A stretch of DNA of 64,000 nucleotides from a bacterium (lineage in GTDB: Bacteria; Patescibacteriota; Microgenomatia; UBA1400; PJMF01): NCBI GenBank assembly GCA_027620445.1, contig JAQBYG010000002.1, positions 1,130 to 65,129 on the forward strand. The letters are read 5' to 3'. The translations under genes were made by a program, and so were the position numbers. The number at the start of each line of letters is the position of its first letter. Within the stretch, counting starts at the first letter, position 1. This document shows positions 47,006 to 56,629 of the stretch, one piece after another. The notes under the pieces are model-generated. The model was not told where the DNA came from, ran no database searches, and saw only the letters and a list, made by a program, of their open reading frames with translations.

Positions 47006-47968
47006 ATGCATCGACCATTTGACGCCCTCGCTGTTGGCTCCATTTACCTCGACATACACTATGGCATGTTTCCCTTCGACTCGAAGGTGGGCATTACTAC
47101 CGAAACGGAAACGGTCGGATCACAGGTGCTCCTGACTGTCGGCGGATCTGCTGCGAACTTTGCACAAATCGCTGCCAGTCTCGGCTTGCAAACGGCACTG
47201 CTTGGCAAAATTGGACAGGACAGAGTGGGCGATATCGTAACTGAAGAGCTTGGTAAACTCAAAATTCAACAGCTTATTTTTACCGATCCAGGGGTGAGAA
47301 CCAACGTCAGTTCGCACTTCACCAACCCAAGTGGAAGAACAATTCAAACCACGGGTGGCTCTGCCAACGCTGCGCTCAATCCCGAAGATGTCTTTCGCGT
47401 TATTCGCAATTACTTCGACAAAATTTCGACTCTCTACATCGGCAGTTACTTCAAACTCACCGCACTCCAAGCTGGATATTATGATTTGGTCAAAGACGCA
47501 CTGGCGGCAGGCATCGAGGTACTCCTTGACCATGGCATGATTAGCAATGTGGTGGAAAAGTCGCATATCGAAAAAGTACAAAAAATGATTGAACAGGTAA
47601 CCTACTATCGACCAAACGAAAATGAGTTCAAAACAATCTGGGATGTAGATTCTATCGAGGCAGGCTTTAAAAAATTACAACAGCTTTCTACGCGTCCAGA
47701 AACGGTCGTAACTAGAGGAGGAGAAGGCGCCATTGGCCTCGATCAAAGTGGGAATGTGTACGATGTCCCAAGTTTTTCGATCACTCCAAAGAATGCCGTT
47801 GGTGCTGGAGATAGTTTTAATGCGGGCTATCTCTACGCAAGAAAAAGTGGCAAAGAAATGCTAGAGTCAATCCAATTTGCACATGCGGTGGCTGCAGTTC
47901 GTATTTCCGAATCTCCATTACCAACTATAGAGCAAGTAACAAGTATGTTAGGAGCCAAAAATGTCTAA
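47006..47968 (+). CDS. PfkB family carbohydrate kinase
   Basis: GGSAANFA, PNENE, VTRGGEG, AVGAGDSFNAG. Confidence 0.92.
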   Translation: MHRPFDALAVGSIYLDIHYGMFPFDSKVGITTETETVGSQVLLTVGGSAANFAQIAASLGLQTALLGKIGQDRVGDIVTEELGKLKIQQLIFTDPGVRTNVSSHFTNPSGRTIQTTGGSANAALNPEDVFRVIRNYFDKISTLYIGSYFKLTALQAGYYDLVKDALAAGIEVLLDHGMISNVVEKSHIEKVQKMIEQVTYYRPNENEFKTIWDVDSIEAGFKKLQQLSTRPETVVTRGGEGAIGLDQSGNVYDVPSFSITPKNAVGAGDSFNAGYLYARKSGKEMLESIQFAHAVAAVRISESPLPTIEQVTSMLGAKNV

Positions 47969-49043
47969 ACACACTGCCATTCTCGATAATCTTGCCGAGA
48001 TGGACAAGATTGACGCCAATCATACTCGTGGTTCTATCGAGCAAATCGCTCAGCAAGTACAACATGTTTGGGAACAGGCACAGTCACTCACAATCTCTGA
48101 CGAATACAAACAAGTGACAAATATCGTGGTTGGTGGCATGGGTGGCTCAGCTCTCGGGACACATGTCATCCAGACAGTATTCAAAGATGAGTTACAACTA
48201 CCTGTCACCATTGTGCCGGACTATACGCTGCCAGCCTCTGTCAACGAAAAAACCCTTTTTATTGCTTCAAGTTACTCTGGGAGTACAGAGGAAACACTGA
48301 GCTCAACTAAACAAGCACTGGCTCGAGGTGCAAAAGTTGCAGGTATCACTTCCGGTGGGGAGCTCGCGAAAATGCTTGCCGCAGCCGGTGTGCCGAGACT
48401 GGTGTTTACCCCGACCTACAACCCATCTGGCCAACCAAGAATGGCGCTCGGATACTCCGTCTTTGGGCAGATTGCACTCCTGAGCAAGCTCGGTGTGCTT
48501 GAGGTCACAGACAAACATGTTGACGCTGTGTTGGCTGCTATCGCAAGTATGCACCTCAAAGCCGGCGTCGCGGTCTCTGAAGCAGAGAATCCTGCTAAAT
48601 TACTGGCGTACCAAATTGAGCAACGCATTCCTATTCTCACGGTAGCTGAGCACCTAGAGGGTGTGGCGCACGTTTTTGCCAATCAATTGAACGAAAATGC
48701 TAAGACATACTCAGAGTACCGAGTGGTGCCAGAGATCAATCACCACTTGCTCGAAGGTCTGAAGTATCCGATTAACAGAGATGACATGCTCTTTTTCTTT
48801 ACTGTTCTCTCAAAGCTATACCTGCCTGGAAACAGCAAGCGAATGTTGCTCACACAAGAGGTGCTACAAAAAAATAACATCGAGTTCCAGACACTTGAAC
48901 TCACCAGTGAAACAAAACTGGAACAAGCCTTCGAACTTCTCACCTTTGGTGCCTACGTTACCTTCTACTCGGCTATGCTCCATGGCTTTGATCCAGCTCC
49001 AATCCCAGTGGTCGATTGGTTTAAGGAACAGCTCAAACACTAG
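47961..49043 (+). CDS. Bifunctional phosphoglucose/phosphomannose isomerase (SIS family)
   Basis: GMGGSA, SYSGSTEET, QPR, NENAK, PEINHH. Confidence 0.92.
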   Translation: MSKHTAILDNLAEMDKIDANHTRGSIEQIAQQVQHVWEQAQSLTISDEYKQVTNIVVGGMGGSALGTHVIQTVFKDELQLPVTIVPDYTLPASVNEKTLFIASSYSGSTEETLSSTKQALARGAKVAGITSGGELAKMLAAAGVPRLVFTPTYNPSGQPRMALGYSVFGQIALLSKLGVLEVTDKHVDAVLAAIASMHLKAGVAVSEAENPAKLLAYQIEQRIPILTVAEHLEGVAHVFANQLNENAKTYSEYRVVPEINHHLLEGLKYPINRDDMLFFFTVLSKLYLPGNSKRMLLTQEVLQKNNIEFQTLELTSETKLEQAFELLTFGAYVTFYSAMLHGFDPAPIPVVDWFKEQLKH

Positions 49044-49068
49044 CCTCGAGTTGTGCTAGGATGGTTGT

Positions 49069-50559
49069 ATGCCTGCCGCATACTTGCTTGAACAACTACC
49101 TATTTCTAGTGGAGTGCCAAATCGCTTGCGCTTGCTACGCCAAGCACAGATGCTTGGTTTGCCCGTAGCTCCCACGCTCTACATTTCTCCCGGAGCTATA
49201 TTTGCTTCATTTTTGCAGCAAAAAAACTGTGCCCAACTACTCGAAGAGAGGAGAGCTTTTGGTGACGACCCTGCATTAGTACACCTCGCCGAAGCAAAAA
49301 TACTCCAACTCTTTCGTGCCACTACTCTCGATACTTCACTCGCAAAAGATATCATGCAACACTACCATCAGCACCTGCGGGGTTCGTTTGTTCGAGTATT
49401 TTTCACTCGAGGGATTGCCACAAATACCGACAACATTCTCGGCGACAGCAACCTGCTTGAATCAATCATCCTGGCTTCACATATGCTTTTGGAACTTGCG
49501 CTCGCGGCAAGTCGATCTGCTCCGACATCTGTTCTCGAAGTTGCCGCTGGCATGTGCATACAAACACAACTACAAGCCTCTGGCTCGGGCACAACGTACT
49601 CAAAACATCCGCTTCATCCAGAAAAAAATGTGTTTGCTATCTCGGCGCGATTCGGCGTGACACCTCCAGGAAAAGCCAGCGAGCAACTGGATTGGTACGA
49701 GATACACAAATCAACAGGACAAGAAACTGCTGTGGCGATCGGAACAAAAACCCTTACCTACAAACGTACTGCTGATTCTCTCGAAAAAAAAGGTGTGGCG
49801 GCAAAGCAACAGCTACAACGGGTTTTGTCGAAAAAGCAAAGTGAGTTGCTCGCCAAACTAACAGCAAGTATCTCGCAAAAAGAATTCCTCCCTCTCAGAG
49901 TGGACTGGGAAATGGAGGGGAACAGCATTTCGATTACTGAGATTACAGAACTCGATCAACCAAAGACAGCACAAAAATCTGCGACCGTCCACACAACACA
50001 AGTCGTACAACCAGCCGACAGCTTGTGGGTTCGAATTGACCCTTCATGGAAACAACGACCCGACCACCTGGTCACCCTCATCGCAGAACTCGCCAATACA
50101 CATCAATTGGAACCAAAAACCAATATCATCGTGCCCCACGTTACCTCAAGTCATGAGCTTGCAGTCATGCGCGAACACCTCCTTGCAGCCACACTCGCTC
50201 ACCAGAGCCGAAGTTATTGGCCAGAAATCACAAGCGTTGGGATGCTACACACATTACCTGAGAGTCCTGCGCTCGAGTTCTTCGCCGGTATTATTCTGGA
50301 TGTCCCGATGCTGCTTCGGTCATTATTTGTGACCCCGAGCTGGGACGAGGCAGAGCTTGAACTACTATTTTCTCTCATCGAGGAGCACGTGCCTACGCGT
50401 CTGAATCGGGGTATTGTCCTACATGCTGTAACTCCAACCATCATTTCGCATCTTTCGGGACAAGTGTACAAACACGTACACACTCCAACAGACTTGGTCC
50501 AAAAAGTAAAAGCAGTACTATCTGATCTTGAAGTCGAAAGGCTGAACACGCTACCATAG
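49069..50559 (+). CDS. Highly degenerate PEP synthase (PpsA/PPDK)-like protein
   Basis: Remnant ATP-grasp motifs (GLPVAP, SGTTYS..P, ISARFG, RVDWE) and barrel remnants (NIIVPHV, WPEI). No phospho-His motif seen. Confidence 0.6.
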   Translation: MPAAYLLEQLPISSGVPNRLRLLRQAQMLGLPVAPTLYISPGAIFASFLQQKNCAQLLEERRAFGDDPALVHLAEAKILQLFRATTLDTSLAKDIMQHYHQHLRGSFVRVFFTRGIATNTDNILGDSNLLESIILASHMLLELALAASRSAPTSVLEVAAGMCIQTQLQASGSGTTYSKHPLHPEKNVFAISARFGVTPPGKASEQLDWYEIHKSTGQETAVAIGTKTLTYKRTADSLEKKGVAAKQQLQRVLSKKQSELLAKLTASISQKEFLPLRVDWEMEGNSISITEITELDQPKTAQKSATVHTTQVVQPADSLWVRIDPSWKQRPDHLVTLIAELANTHQLEPKTNIIVPHVTSSHELAVMREHLLAATLAHQSRSYWPEITSVGMLHTLPESPALEFFAGIILDVPMLLRSLFVTPSWDEAELELLFSLIEEHVPTRLNRGIVLHAVTPTIISHLSGQVYKHVHTPTDLVQKVKAVLSDLEVERLNTLP

Positions 50560-50565
50560 ACACAC

Positions 50566-51861
50566 ATGCCAAATATTCAAGGAGTATACGCCAGAGAAAT
50601 ACTTGATTCCCGTGGATTACCGACGATTGAGTGCACCTTGTGGCTTGATACCGGTGGTATCGTTCTGACAAGTGTTCCTGCGGGCACATCTGTCGGCAAG
50701 TACGAAGCACACGAGCTCAGAGATAAAGACCCCAATCGCATGATCGGCATGGGAGTGCTCCAGGCGGTAAATAATATCAACACAATTATCGCACCACAAC
50801 TTGTCGGCAAAGACCCGACTCAGCAAGCAGAAATCGACCAGCTGCTCATCGCACTTGATGGCACACCAGATAAATCAAAACTAGGCGCCAATGCAATTCT
50901 CGCTGTCTCACAAGCTGTCTGCAAAGCTGGGGCTCTCACCAACAATGTTGCTTTGTACTACTACATTTTCAACAAGTTTCAGCTTGCACAAGAGCTCATC
51001 ATTCCGACAAATATTTTTACCGTCATAAACGGCGGCGAGCATGGAGCCGACAACCTTGATCTGCAAGAGTTTCAACTCTTGCCCGCAAGTCATATATCCT
51101 TCCCAGATTCGCTCAGTATGGCTGTCACGCTCTATCAAAAACTAGAAGAAGTACTGATTTTGAAAGGCGCTATTCACTCAGTTGGCCTTGTCGGTGGCTT
51201 CACCCCGAATCTGTACAGCAACAGCGATGTGTTCGATATCTTGGTAGAAACAATCAAGTCGAGTCAATACACGCTTGCCCAAGACCTGTTTTTTGGCATC
51301 GATGCCGCAGCTGACGAGTTTCACAGTGCTGGCAAGTACACCCTGCGGGACCGATCACAGCCCTACTCGAGCAATGAGCTTATTGAGTACTACAGAAAAA
51401 TTCGTAGCTTGTATAACGTGTTTTATGTTGAAGACCCCTTTTCAGATGATGATCTTGGTGCATGGGCAACGATAACAGAGTATCTTGGCGACACCACCAA
51501 AATTGTTGGAGATAGTTTGCTCGTGACAAGTCAGGAAAAAGTAAAGGAAGCCATCGAAAAAAAATACTGCAACACACTGCTGGTAAAACCAAATCAGGTA
51601 GGAACCATTACCGAAACAATCGCTGTTATCTCTCTTGCTCGTCAAGCAGGCTGGAGTATCGTTGTGTCACATCGTAGTGGTGAAACCAACGATGACTTTA
51701 TCGCAGACTTTGCAGTCGGGGTTGGCGCAGAGTACACCAAGTTCGGCCCGCCAAACAGAGGAGAGCGAACAGCCAAGTACAACCGCCTCTCGCAGATCCA
51801 CCAAGAGATCGAAATGTCTCGCCAACAACAGGCTGCCGCACCACAACAAGCTCAGTCATGA
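50566..51861 (+). CDS. eno: Enolase, copy B (catalytic Glu substituted)
   Basis: REILDSRG, LGANAIL, DLQEF, VKPNQVGT, SHRSGET, ERTAKYNRL. GDEGG is replaced by GLVGG. Confidence 0.9.
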   Translation: MPNIQGVYAREILDSRGLPTIECTLWLDTGGIVLTSVPAGTSVGKYEAHELRDKDPNRMIGMGVLQAVNNINTIIAPQLVGKDPTQQAEIDQLLIALDGTPDKSKLGANAILAVSQAVCKAGALTNNVALYYYIFNKFQLAQELIIPTNIFTVINGGEHGADNLDLQEFQLLPASHISFPDSLSMAVTLYQKLEEVLILKGAIHSVGLVGGFTPNLYSNSDVFDILVETIKSSQYTLAQDLFFGIDAAADEFHSAGKYTLRDRSQPYSSNELIEYYRKIRSLYNVFYVEDPFSDDDLGAWATITEYLGDTTKIVGDSLLVTSQEKVKEAIEKKYCNTLLVKPNQVGTITETIAVISLARQAGWSIVVSHRSGETNDDFIADFAVGVGAEYTKFGPPNRGERTAKYNRLSQIHQEIEMSRQQQAAAPQQAQS

Positions 51862-53552
51862 CACAACCAGCAGTTGCACCAATTCTCTCAAGCAAACCGC
51901 TTGACCCTTCGCTTTCACAAAACAATTACACGGGACCAAAACCGGTCGTGCTTCTCGTGCTCGATGGTTGGGGGATCGGACCAAAAAACGCAGGCAACGC
52001 AATTGCCCAAGCCAAAACACCAAATATGGATGGCTACTGGGTCTCGTATCCACATACCCAACTCACTGCCAGTGGCCAGGCTGTCGGCTTGCCGCAGGGA
52101 GAAGACGGCAATACCGAAACCGGTCACTTAAACATTGGCGCCGGACACATCGTGTACCAAGATTTGCCCAGAATTAACATGTCCATTGCAGATGGTTCGT
52201 TTTTCTCTAACCAAGCATTGCTAAACGCTGCCCAGCACGTCAAAAATAATAGCAGCACCCTGCACTTGATGGGCCTGGTTGGGGCGGGCGGCGTCCACTC
52301 AAATATCGAGCACCTCTATGCACTCCTCAACTTTGCCAAACAGCAAAATTTGACAAAAGTGTACATTCACGCCTTCACAGACGGCCGAGACTCGCCGGCA
52401 ACAGCAGGTATCGAGTACATCAAGCAACTGATGGCGAGCTGCGAACACATGGGAGTCGGCCAAATTGCTACACTCATGGGGCGCTACTATGCTATGGACA
52501 GAGATCATAAGTGGGAACGAATCGAGAAAGCGTACGATGCCCTAACTCTTGGAAGTACTGAATCATGCGTACTAGATCCACTACAACTGTTTCAAGATCA
52601 GTACGACAAGGGCGTTACCGACGAATTTATTGAACCGATCAGTATCTGTGGTCATGATAAGCAGAAGCGAACGATCGATAAAAATGATGCGGTGATTTTT
52701 TTCAACTTTCGCGTCGATCGTCCTCGCGAACTGACTCGAGCCTTTGTCACGCCAGACTTTGAACAAGGTATACACACCGCCGCATTCGATCCATACACAG
52801 AAAAGTATGAAAAGACAAATATTCAAAAACCAATCACTGGTCAAACGTTTCAACGAAAAAAACGATTGAGCAACCTGTACTTTGTGACAATGACTGAGTA
52901 TGAAGCTGGTCTACCAGTAGATATTGCCTTTCCTCCCCAAAAAATCCTGCATCCCCTCGGACAGGTTTTCTCTCAACACGGCTTGCGACAACTCCGCATT
53001 ACCGAGAGTGAAAAAGAACGCTTTGTCACGTACTACATGAATGGGCAGCTAGAGACAATGTATCCTGGTGAGGATCGGGTTATTATTCCGTCAAAAGGGG
53101 TAAAGTCGTACGATCAGGCTCCCGAAATGAGTGCCTTTGAGATTGCGCAAGAAATGATCTCACGCATCATGACCGACACCTACCATGTCATTATTTCCAA
53201 TATCTGCAACGGGGATATGGTTGGACACACGGGCAATTTTGAGGCTGCTGTGAAAGCCTGTGAGTATGTCGATCAGGTTGTGGGACAAATTGTTGCTGCC
53301 GTAACCCAAAAAGGCGGTGTTGTACTCATCACCGCTGATCATGGCAATGTCGAGGAGATGATCAATGTCGAAACCGGCGCAGTTGATACCGAGCACTCGG
53401 TATACCCCGTGCCACTCCTGATCATTGGCAACCAGTTTGCACAAAAACCAGTTATGTTGCCGACCGGCATTTTGGCCGACGTGGCACCTACGATGCTCAA
53501 GTTAATGGGCATCACTCCACCGGAAAGTATGACGGGCAGATCTTTGATATAG
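51858..53552 (+). CDS. gpmI: 2,3-bisphosphoglycerate-independent phosphoglycerate mutase
   Basis: LDGWG, GNTETGH, DGRD, GRYYAMDRD, DMVGHTG, TADHGN. Confidence 0.95.
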   Translation: MTQPAVAPILSSKPLDPSLSQNNYTGPKPVVLLVLDGWGIGPKNAGNAIAQAKTPNMDGYWVSYPHTQLTASGQAVGLPQGEDGNTETGHLNIGAGHIVYQDLPRINMSIADGSFFSNQALLNAAQHVKNNSSTLHLMGLVGAGGVHSNIEHLYALLNFAKQQNLTKVYIHAFTDGRDSPATAGIEYIKQLMASCEHMGVGQIATLMGRYYAMDRDHKWERIEKAYDALTLGSTESCVLDPLQLFQDQYDKGVTDEFIEPISICGHDKQKRTIDKNDAVIFFNFRVDRPRELTRAFVTPDFEQGIHTAAFDPYTEKYEKTNIQKPITGQTFQRKKRLSNLYFVTMTEYEAGLPVDIAFPPQKILHPLGQVFSQHGLRQLRITESEKERFVTYYMNGQLETMYPGEDRVIIPSKGVKSYDQAPEMSAFEIAQEMISRIMTDTYHVIISNICNGDMVGHTGNFEAAVKACEYVDQVVGQIVAAVTQKGGVVLITADHGNVEEMINVETGAVDTEHSVYPVPLLIIGNQFAQKPVMLPTGILADVAPTMLKLMGITPPESMTGRSLI

Positions 53553-53572
53553 TTATATATTTTAAGATGTGG

Positions 53573-53632
53573 TTGCGAGTTCGTGAGTTGTTCGGTTATC
53601 CTATGGAAGGTTTGGGAAACATACGCCCAAAC
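53573..53632 (+). promoter_or_regulatory. lexA promoter region with candidate LexA operator
   Basis: Direct repeat GTTCG-N6-GTTCG (53579-53594) between TTGCGA and TATCCT; inverted repeat GTTTGGG-N9-CCCAAAC (53610-53632). Confidence 0.5.
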
Positions 53633-53646
53633 AAAAGGAGGACTTC

Positions 53647-54273
53647 ATGGCCGTAACATTGTACAAACGTCAGAGACAAATTGTAGACTTCATTGCACAG
53701 TACATACAAAAAAACGGCTACTCACCAACCTTGCGTGAGATCGCCGAGTCTCTCAACGTTTCGTCTTTGGCTACTGTTCACGAGCACCTACAGGCGCTTC
53801 AACGCAAAAAGGTAATCAAACGACATGAAGGTGCCGTTCGAGGTATTGAATTGATTGATCGCACATTTATGCGCATCACTGACAGTGTCGACTTACCGCT
53901 ACTTGGCTTCATCGCAGCTGGCTCACCAATCGAGCCACACACCGATTCAGCTGCTTCTTTCAAGGTTTCCCCAGAGATGATCTCAGGCAAGAAACGATCC
54001 TACGTACTGCAGGTAAAAGGAAAATCAATGATCGAGGATCACATCGATGATGGTGATTACGTCGTGATCGAAGAAACCCAAAATGTCACTGATGGCGACA
54101 TCGTGGTCGCGCTCCTCGACAACGGTCTTGCAACACTCAAGCGATTCTACAAAGAACTCACTCGAGTACGCCTTGAGCCAGCAAACTCCAGCATGAGCCC
54201 CATCTATGCTACCAATGTGCAAATTCAGGGCAGGGTAGTTGGTCTGATCAGGAAGTTTCAGTACGAGCGATAA
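53647..54273 (+). CDS. lexA: LexA repressor
   Basis: wHTH GYSPTLREI, cleavage site IAAG, VKGKSM (Ser), ATLKR (Lys); SD AAGGAGG. Confidence 0.96.
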   Translation: MAVTLYKRQRQIVDFIAQYIQKNGYSPTLREIAESLNVSSLATVHEHLQALQRKKVIKRHEGAVRGIELIDRTFMRITDSVDLPLLGFIAAGSPIEPHTDSAASFKVSPEMISGKKRSYVLQVKGKSMIEDHIDDGDYVVIEETQNVTDGDIVVALLDNGLATLKRFYKELTRVRLEPANSSMSPIYATNVQIQGRVVGLIRKFQYER

Positions 54274-54814
54274 ACTGTCGCTCGGCGAATGAGACTTGCT
54301 CATTTACGAAACAGCGCAAGAGATACAAATAGTCGGATAGTCTGTTGATATATCGCATAACTAAAGGTGATTGTGTTTCCTCCCTGTTGAGCTTGACCAA
54401 TACCCGTTCGGTACGACGACAGACTGCACGAGCTACATCACAATGCGCCCCAAGCTGTGTGCCGCCCGGAAACACGAACTTTGTGTGCCAATTATCCGAC
54501 AGAGCTGTCTGTAGTTGCTCAGCCTGATGCTCTAGTTTCTTGAGAGCAGCCTGCGTAATGACCGCTGTCTTGGAACCAGCGAGCTCAGCACCGAGATAAA
54601 AGAGCTGCTCCTGAATCGTGACTAACTGTTTTTTTTGCGGCTCAAACTGATTATCAAACTGGGAAACCACCAAGCCCAACCATGAGTTGAGCTCATCTAC
54701 TGTGCCAATTGCCTCAAATATATTAGCGTCCTTTGCCACACGTTCCCCAGTAATTAGTCCTGACTCTCCGCCATCTCCAGTCTTGGTCGAAATTGAAATT
54801 ATTGACTTTGGCAT
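54248..54814 (-). CDS. PduO-type cob(I)alamin adenosyltransferase
   Basis: TKTGDGGES, GTVDELNS, FVFPGG, RAVCRRTER, INRLSD. Confidence 0.92.
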   Translation of the reverse strand: MPKSIISISTKTGDGGESGLITGERVAKDANIFEAIGTVDELNSWLGLVVSQFDNQFEPQKKQLVTIQEQLFYLGAELAGSKTAVITQAALKKLEHQAEQLQTALSDNWHTKFVFPGGTQLGAHCDVARAVCRRTERVLVKLNREETQSPLVMRYINRLSDYLYLLRCFVNEQVSFAERQFIARTETS

Positions 54815-54844
54815 ATTGGACTACCGTATACTATACGATCTGCT

Positions 54845-55852
54845 ATGAGCTACACAACAGACATTCTTACAACCGAATCAGCCTTCGAATCGCTCGAAAA
54901 TGAGTGGCAACCACTACTAGAAGCTAGTGCAACCAATGAGGTGTTTCAAACATTTTCGTTTCTGCATACCTGCTGGAAAAGCTTTGCACCAGGAAAACTC
55001 TCGCTCATCACCGTGAGAGATGATCTCGGCAAGCTACTCGCACTTGCGCCACTTTTCCTACAAGAAGCGGCGGGGACAACCAGTGCGCAATTGCTTGGCT
55101 GTAGTACAGTCTCTGATTACCTTGACTTGCTTGTCGATGCTACCTTACAAAATAAACTATATCCAGTCCTCTTGCAAAAAATCGAGGAGTTGCCTTGGGA
55201 TACGCTTGCATGGTGCAGCCTGCCAGAAGCCTCTCCTACAAGAACGTGGCTTAAAAACTTTTTCTCAGGCGAACAGGTGAGAGAGATGCAACAAGATGTC
55301 TGTCCACAAATTATGTTGCCAGCATCCTGGGAAACCTACCTTGCGAGTATTGATCGGAAACAGCGTCATGAGATCAGACGAAAGGAGCGACGACTGTTGG
55401 CTTTTGAACAAAGCTTTGAAGAAATAGAGCAGCCGAGTACTTTGGACATAGCGGACTTTATTCGCCTGCATAAAGCGTCCTCACAAAACAAACGTGCGTT
55501 TTGGGATGACACGCATCTTGCTTTTTTCTCACAAATACTTCCAAGCCTGGGGAAGCAGAGATGGCTTAAACTATTCTTTCTGAAAGTAAAGGGGGTTCGG
55601 GCTGCTAGCATGCTGATCTTCGATTACAACAATGCTTTTCAACTGTATAACTCTGGATTTTTGCTCAGCGAGTTTCGAGAACTCAGCGTTGGCTCACTTC
55701 TCACTGCTCACACGATTAAACGGGCAATACAAGAAAAGCGAACAATGTACGATTTCCTGCGAGGCAATGAGGAGTACAAATTTCGCTATACCGCACAAGC
55801 CAAACCAATCTTTGACATCACGATTTCCCGCGACCGCCAGTCTGCCAAGTAA
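54845..55852 (+). CDS. GNAT family acyltransferase (CelD/BcsL-like)
   Basis: VFQT, SDYLD, YNSGF..SVG, YDFLRGNEEYK. Confidence 0.88.
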   Translation: MSYTTDILTTESAFESLENEWQPLLEASATNEVFQTFSFLHTCWKSFAPGKLSLITVRDDLGKLLALAPLFLQEAAGTTSAQLLGCSTVSDYLDLLVDATLQNKLYPVLLQKIEELPWDTLAWCSLPEASPTRTWLKNFFSGEQVREMQQDVCPQIMLPASWETYLASIDRKQRHEIRRKERRLLAFEQSFEEIEQPSTLDIADFIRLHKASSQNKRAFWDDTHLAFFSQILPSLGKQRWLKLFFLKVKGVRAASMLIFDYNNAFQLYNSGFLLSEFRELSVGSLLTAHTIKRAIQEKRTMYDFLRGNEEYKFRYTAQAKPIFDITISRDRQSAK

Positions 55853-56576
55853 CCGCGCTTAAAATTGGAGCGTACACATCGTCATCTCGAGAAATATAGA
55901 GAGCCTGAATCTCTGCAGCGGTTGGTGGAGCAGCCTGAAATACTATACGTGGTACTTCAGTAACAATCGCTAGCGGTTGTCTTTCTGCGCTTTCACCCAT
56001 CTCAAAAGTTGCAACCTCTGCCAATGACTCGGCAACATTCACCGTTGTCATCTTCAGCTCTCTCCCAAGTAAATCTTTTTCGCCAATATGACTATTGATT
56101 GCAACAAACCCACAATGTCCGAGTGCGGTTCCAACTGAGCCCCACTTGAGTGGAATTGTTCTACTGTCGGTGATAACGACACCCAGTTCTGTTATTTTGT
56201 AGTGTTGTTTGAGAGCTTTCCAAATCTGTACTGCTAATCCATAAGGATCTTTGGGAAGCAGGGCATAGACACCAGAAACGTTTGACTCATCTACGCCCGC
56301 ATTCACGGCCAAAACTTGATGCTTAATGGTCAACATGAGGTTGTACTGCGATGCGTCGGGCGGCAAGTAGTAGTCTGCCTCACGGGCAACCACGGCGTGC
56401 TTTTCCGCACGCGTCCCTTCCTTAATCGGTATGACAGAGCCTTCGCACAAGGCAGCAATTTTGGAAGTGATGCAAAGCACTGACTGCTCCGGTATTTGAG
56501 GAATGGCAGAGAAAATATGCTGCAGTAGATCGTCGTTTGGATGGACAATTTCAGTTTTATATGCAGTGCACTTCAT
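55818..56576 (-). CDS. CofE-like gamma-glutamyl ligase (F420-0/folate type)
   Basis: ITSKI, NAGVDESN, LPKDP, VITDSR, DLLGR, MGES.ERQP. Confidence 0.88.
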   Translation of the reverse strand: MKCTAYKTEIVHPNDDLLQHIFSAIPQIPEQSVLCITSKIAALCEGSVIPIKEGTRAEKHAVVAREADYYLPPDASQYNLMLTIKHQVLAVNAGVDESNVSGVYALLPKDPYGLAVQIWKALKQHYKITELGVVITDSRTIPLKWGSVGTALGHCGFVAINSHIGEKDLLGRELKMTTVNVAESLAEVATFEMGESAERQPLAIVTEVPRIVFQAAPPTAAEIQALYISRDDDVYAPILSAVTWQTGGRGKS

Positions 56577-56629
56577 AGATCGCTCCTTCGAGCAAGTTCA
56601 TTGTACAATAGAGGGTCACCAAATCAGCC

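Noticed and set aside
2148-49043. Phosphatidylinositol-mannoside pathway assembled from IMPase, GT87, CDP-alcohol transferase, PMM and PMI
   Set aside because: The genes are scattered, substrates cannot be assigned, and no inositol-phosphate synthase or PimA/B is visible.
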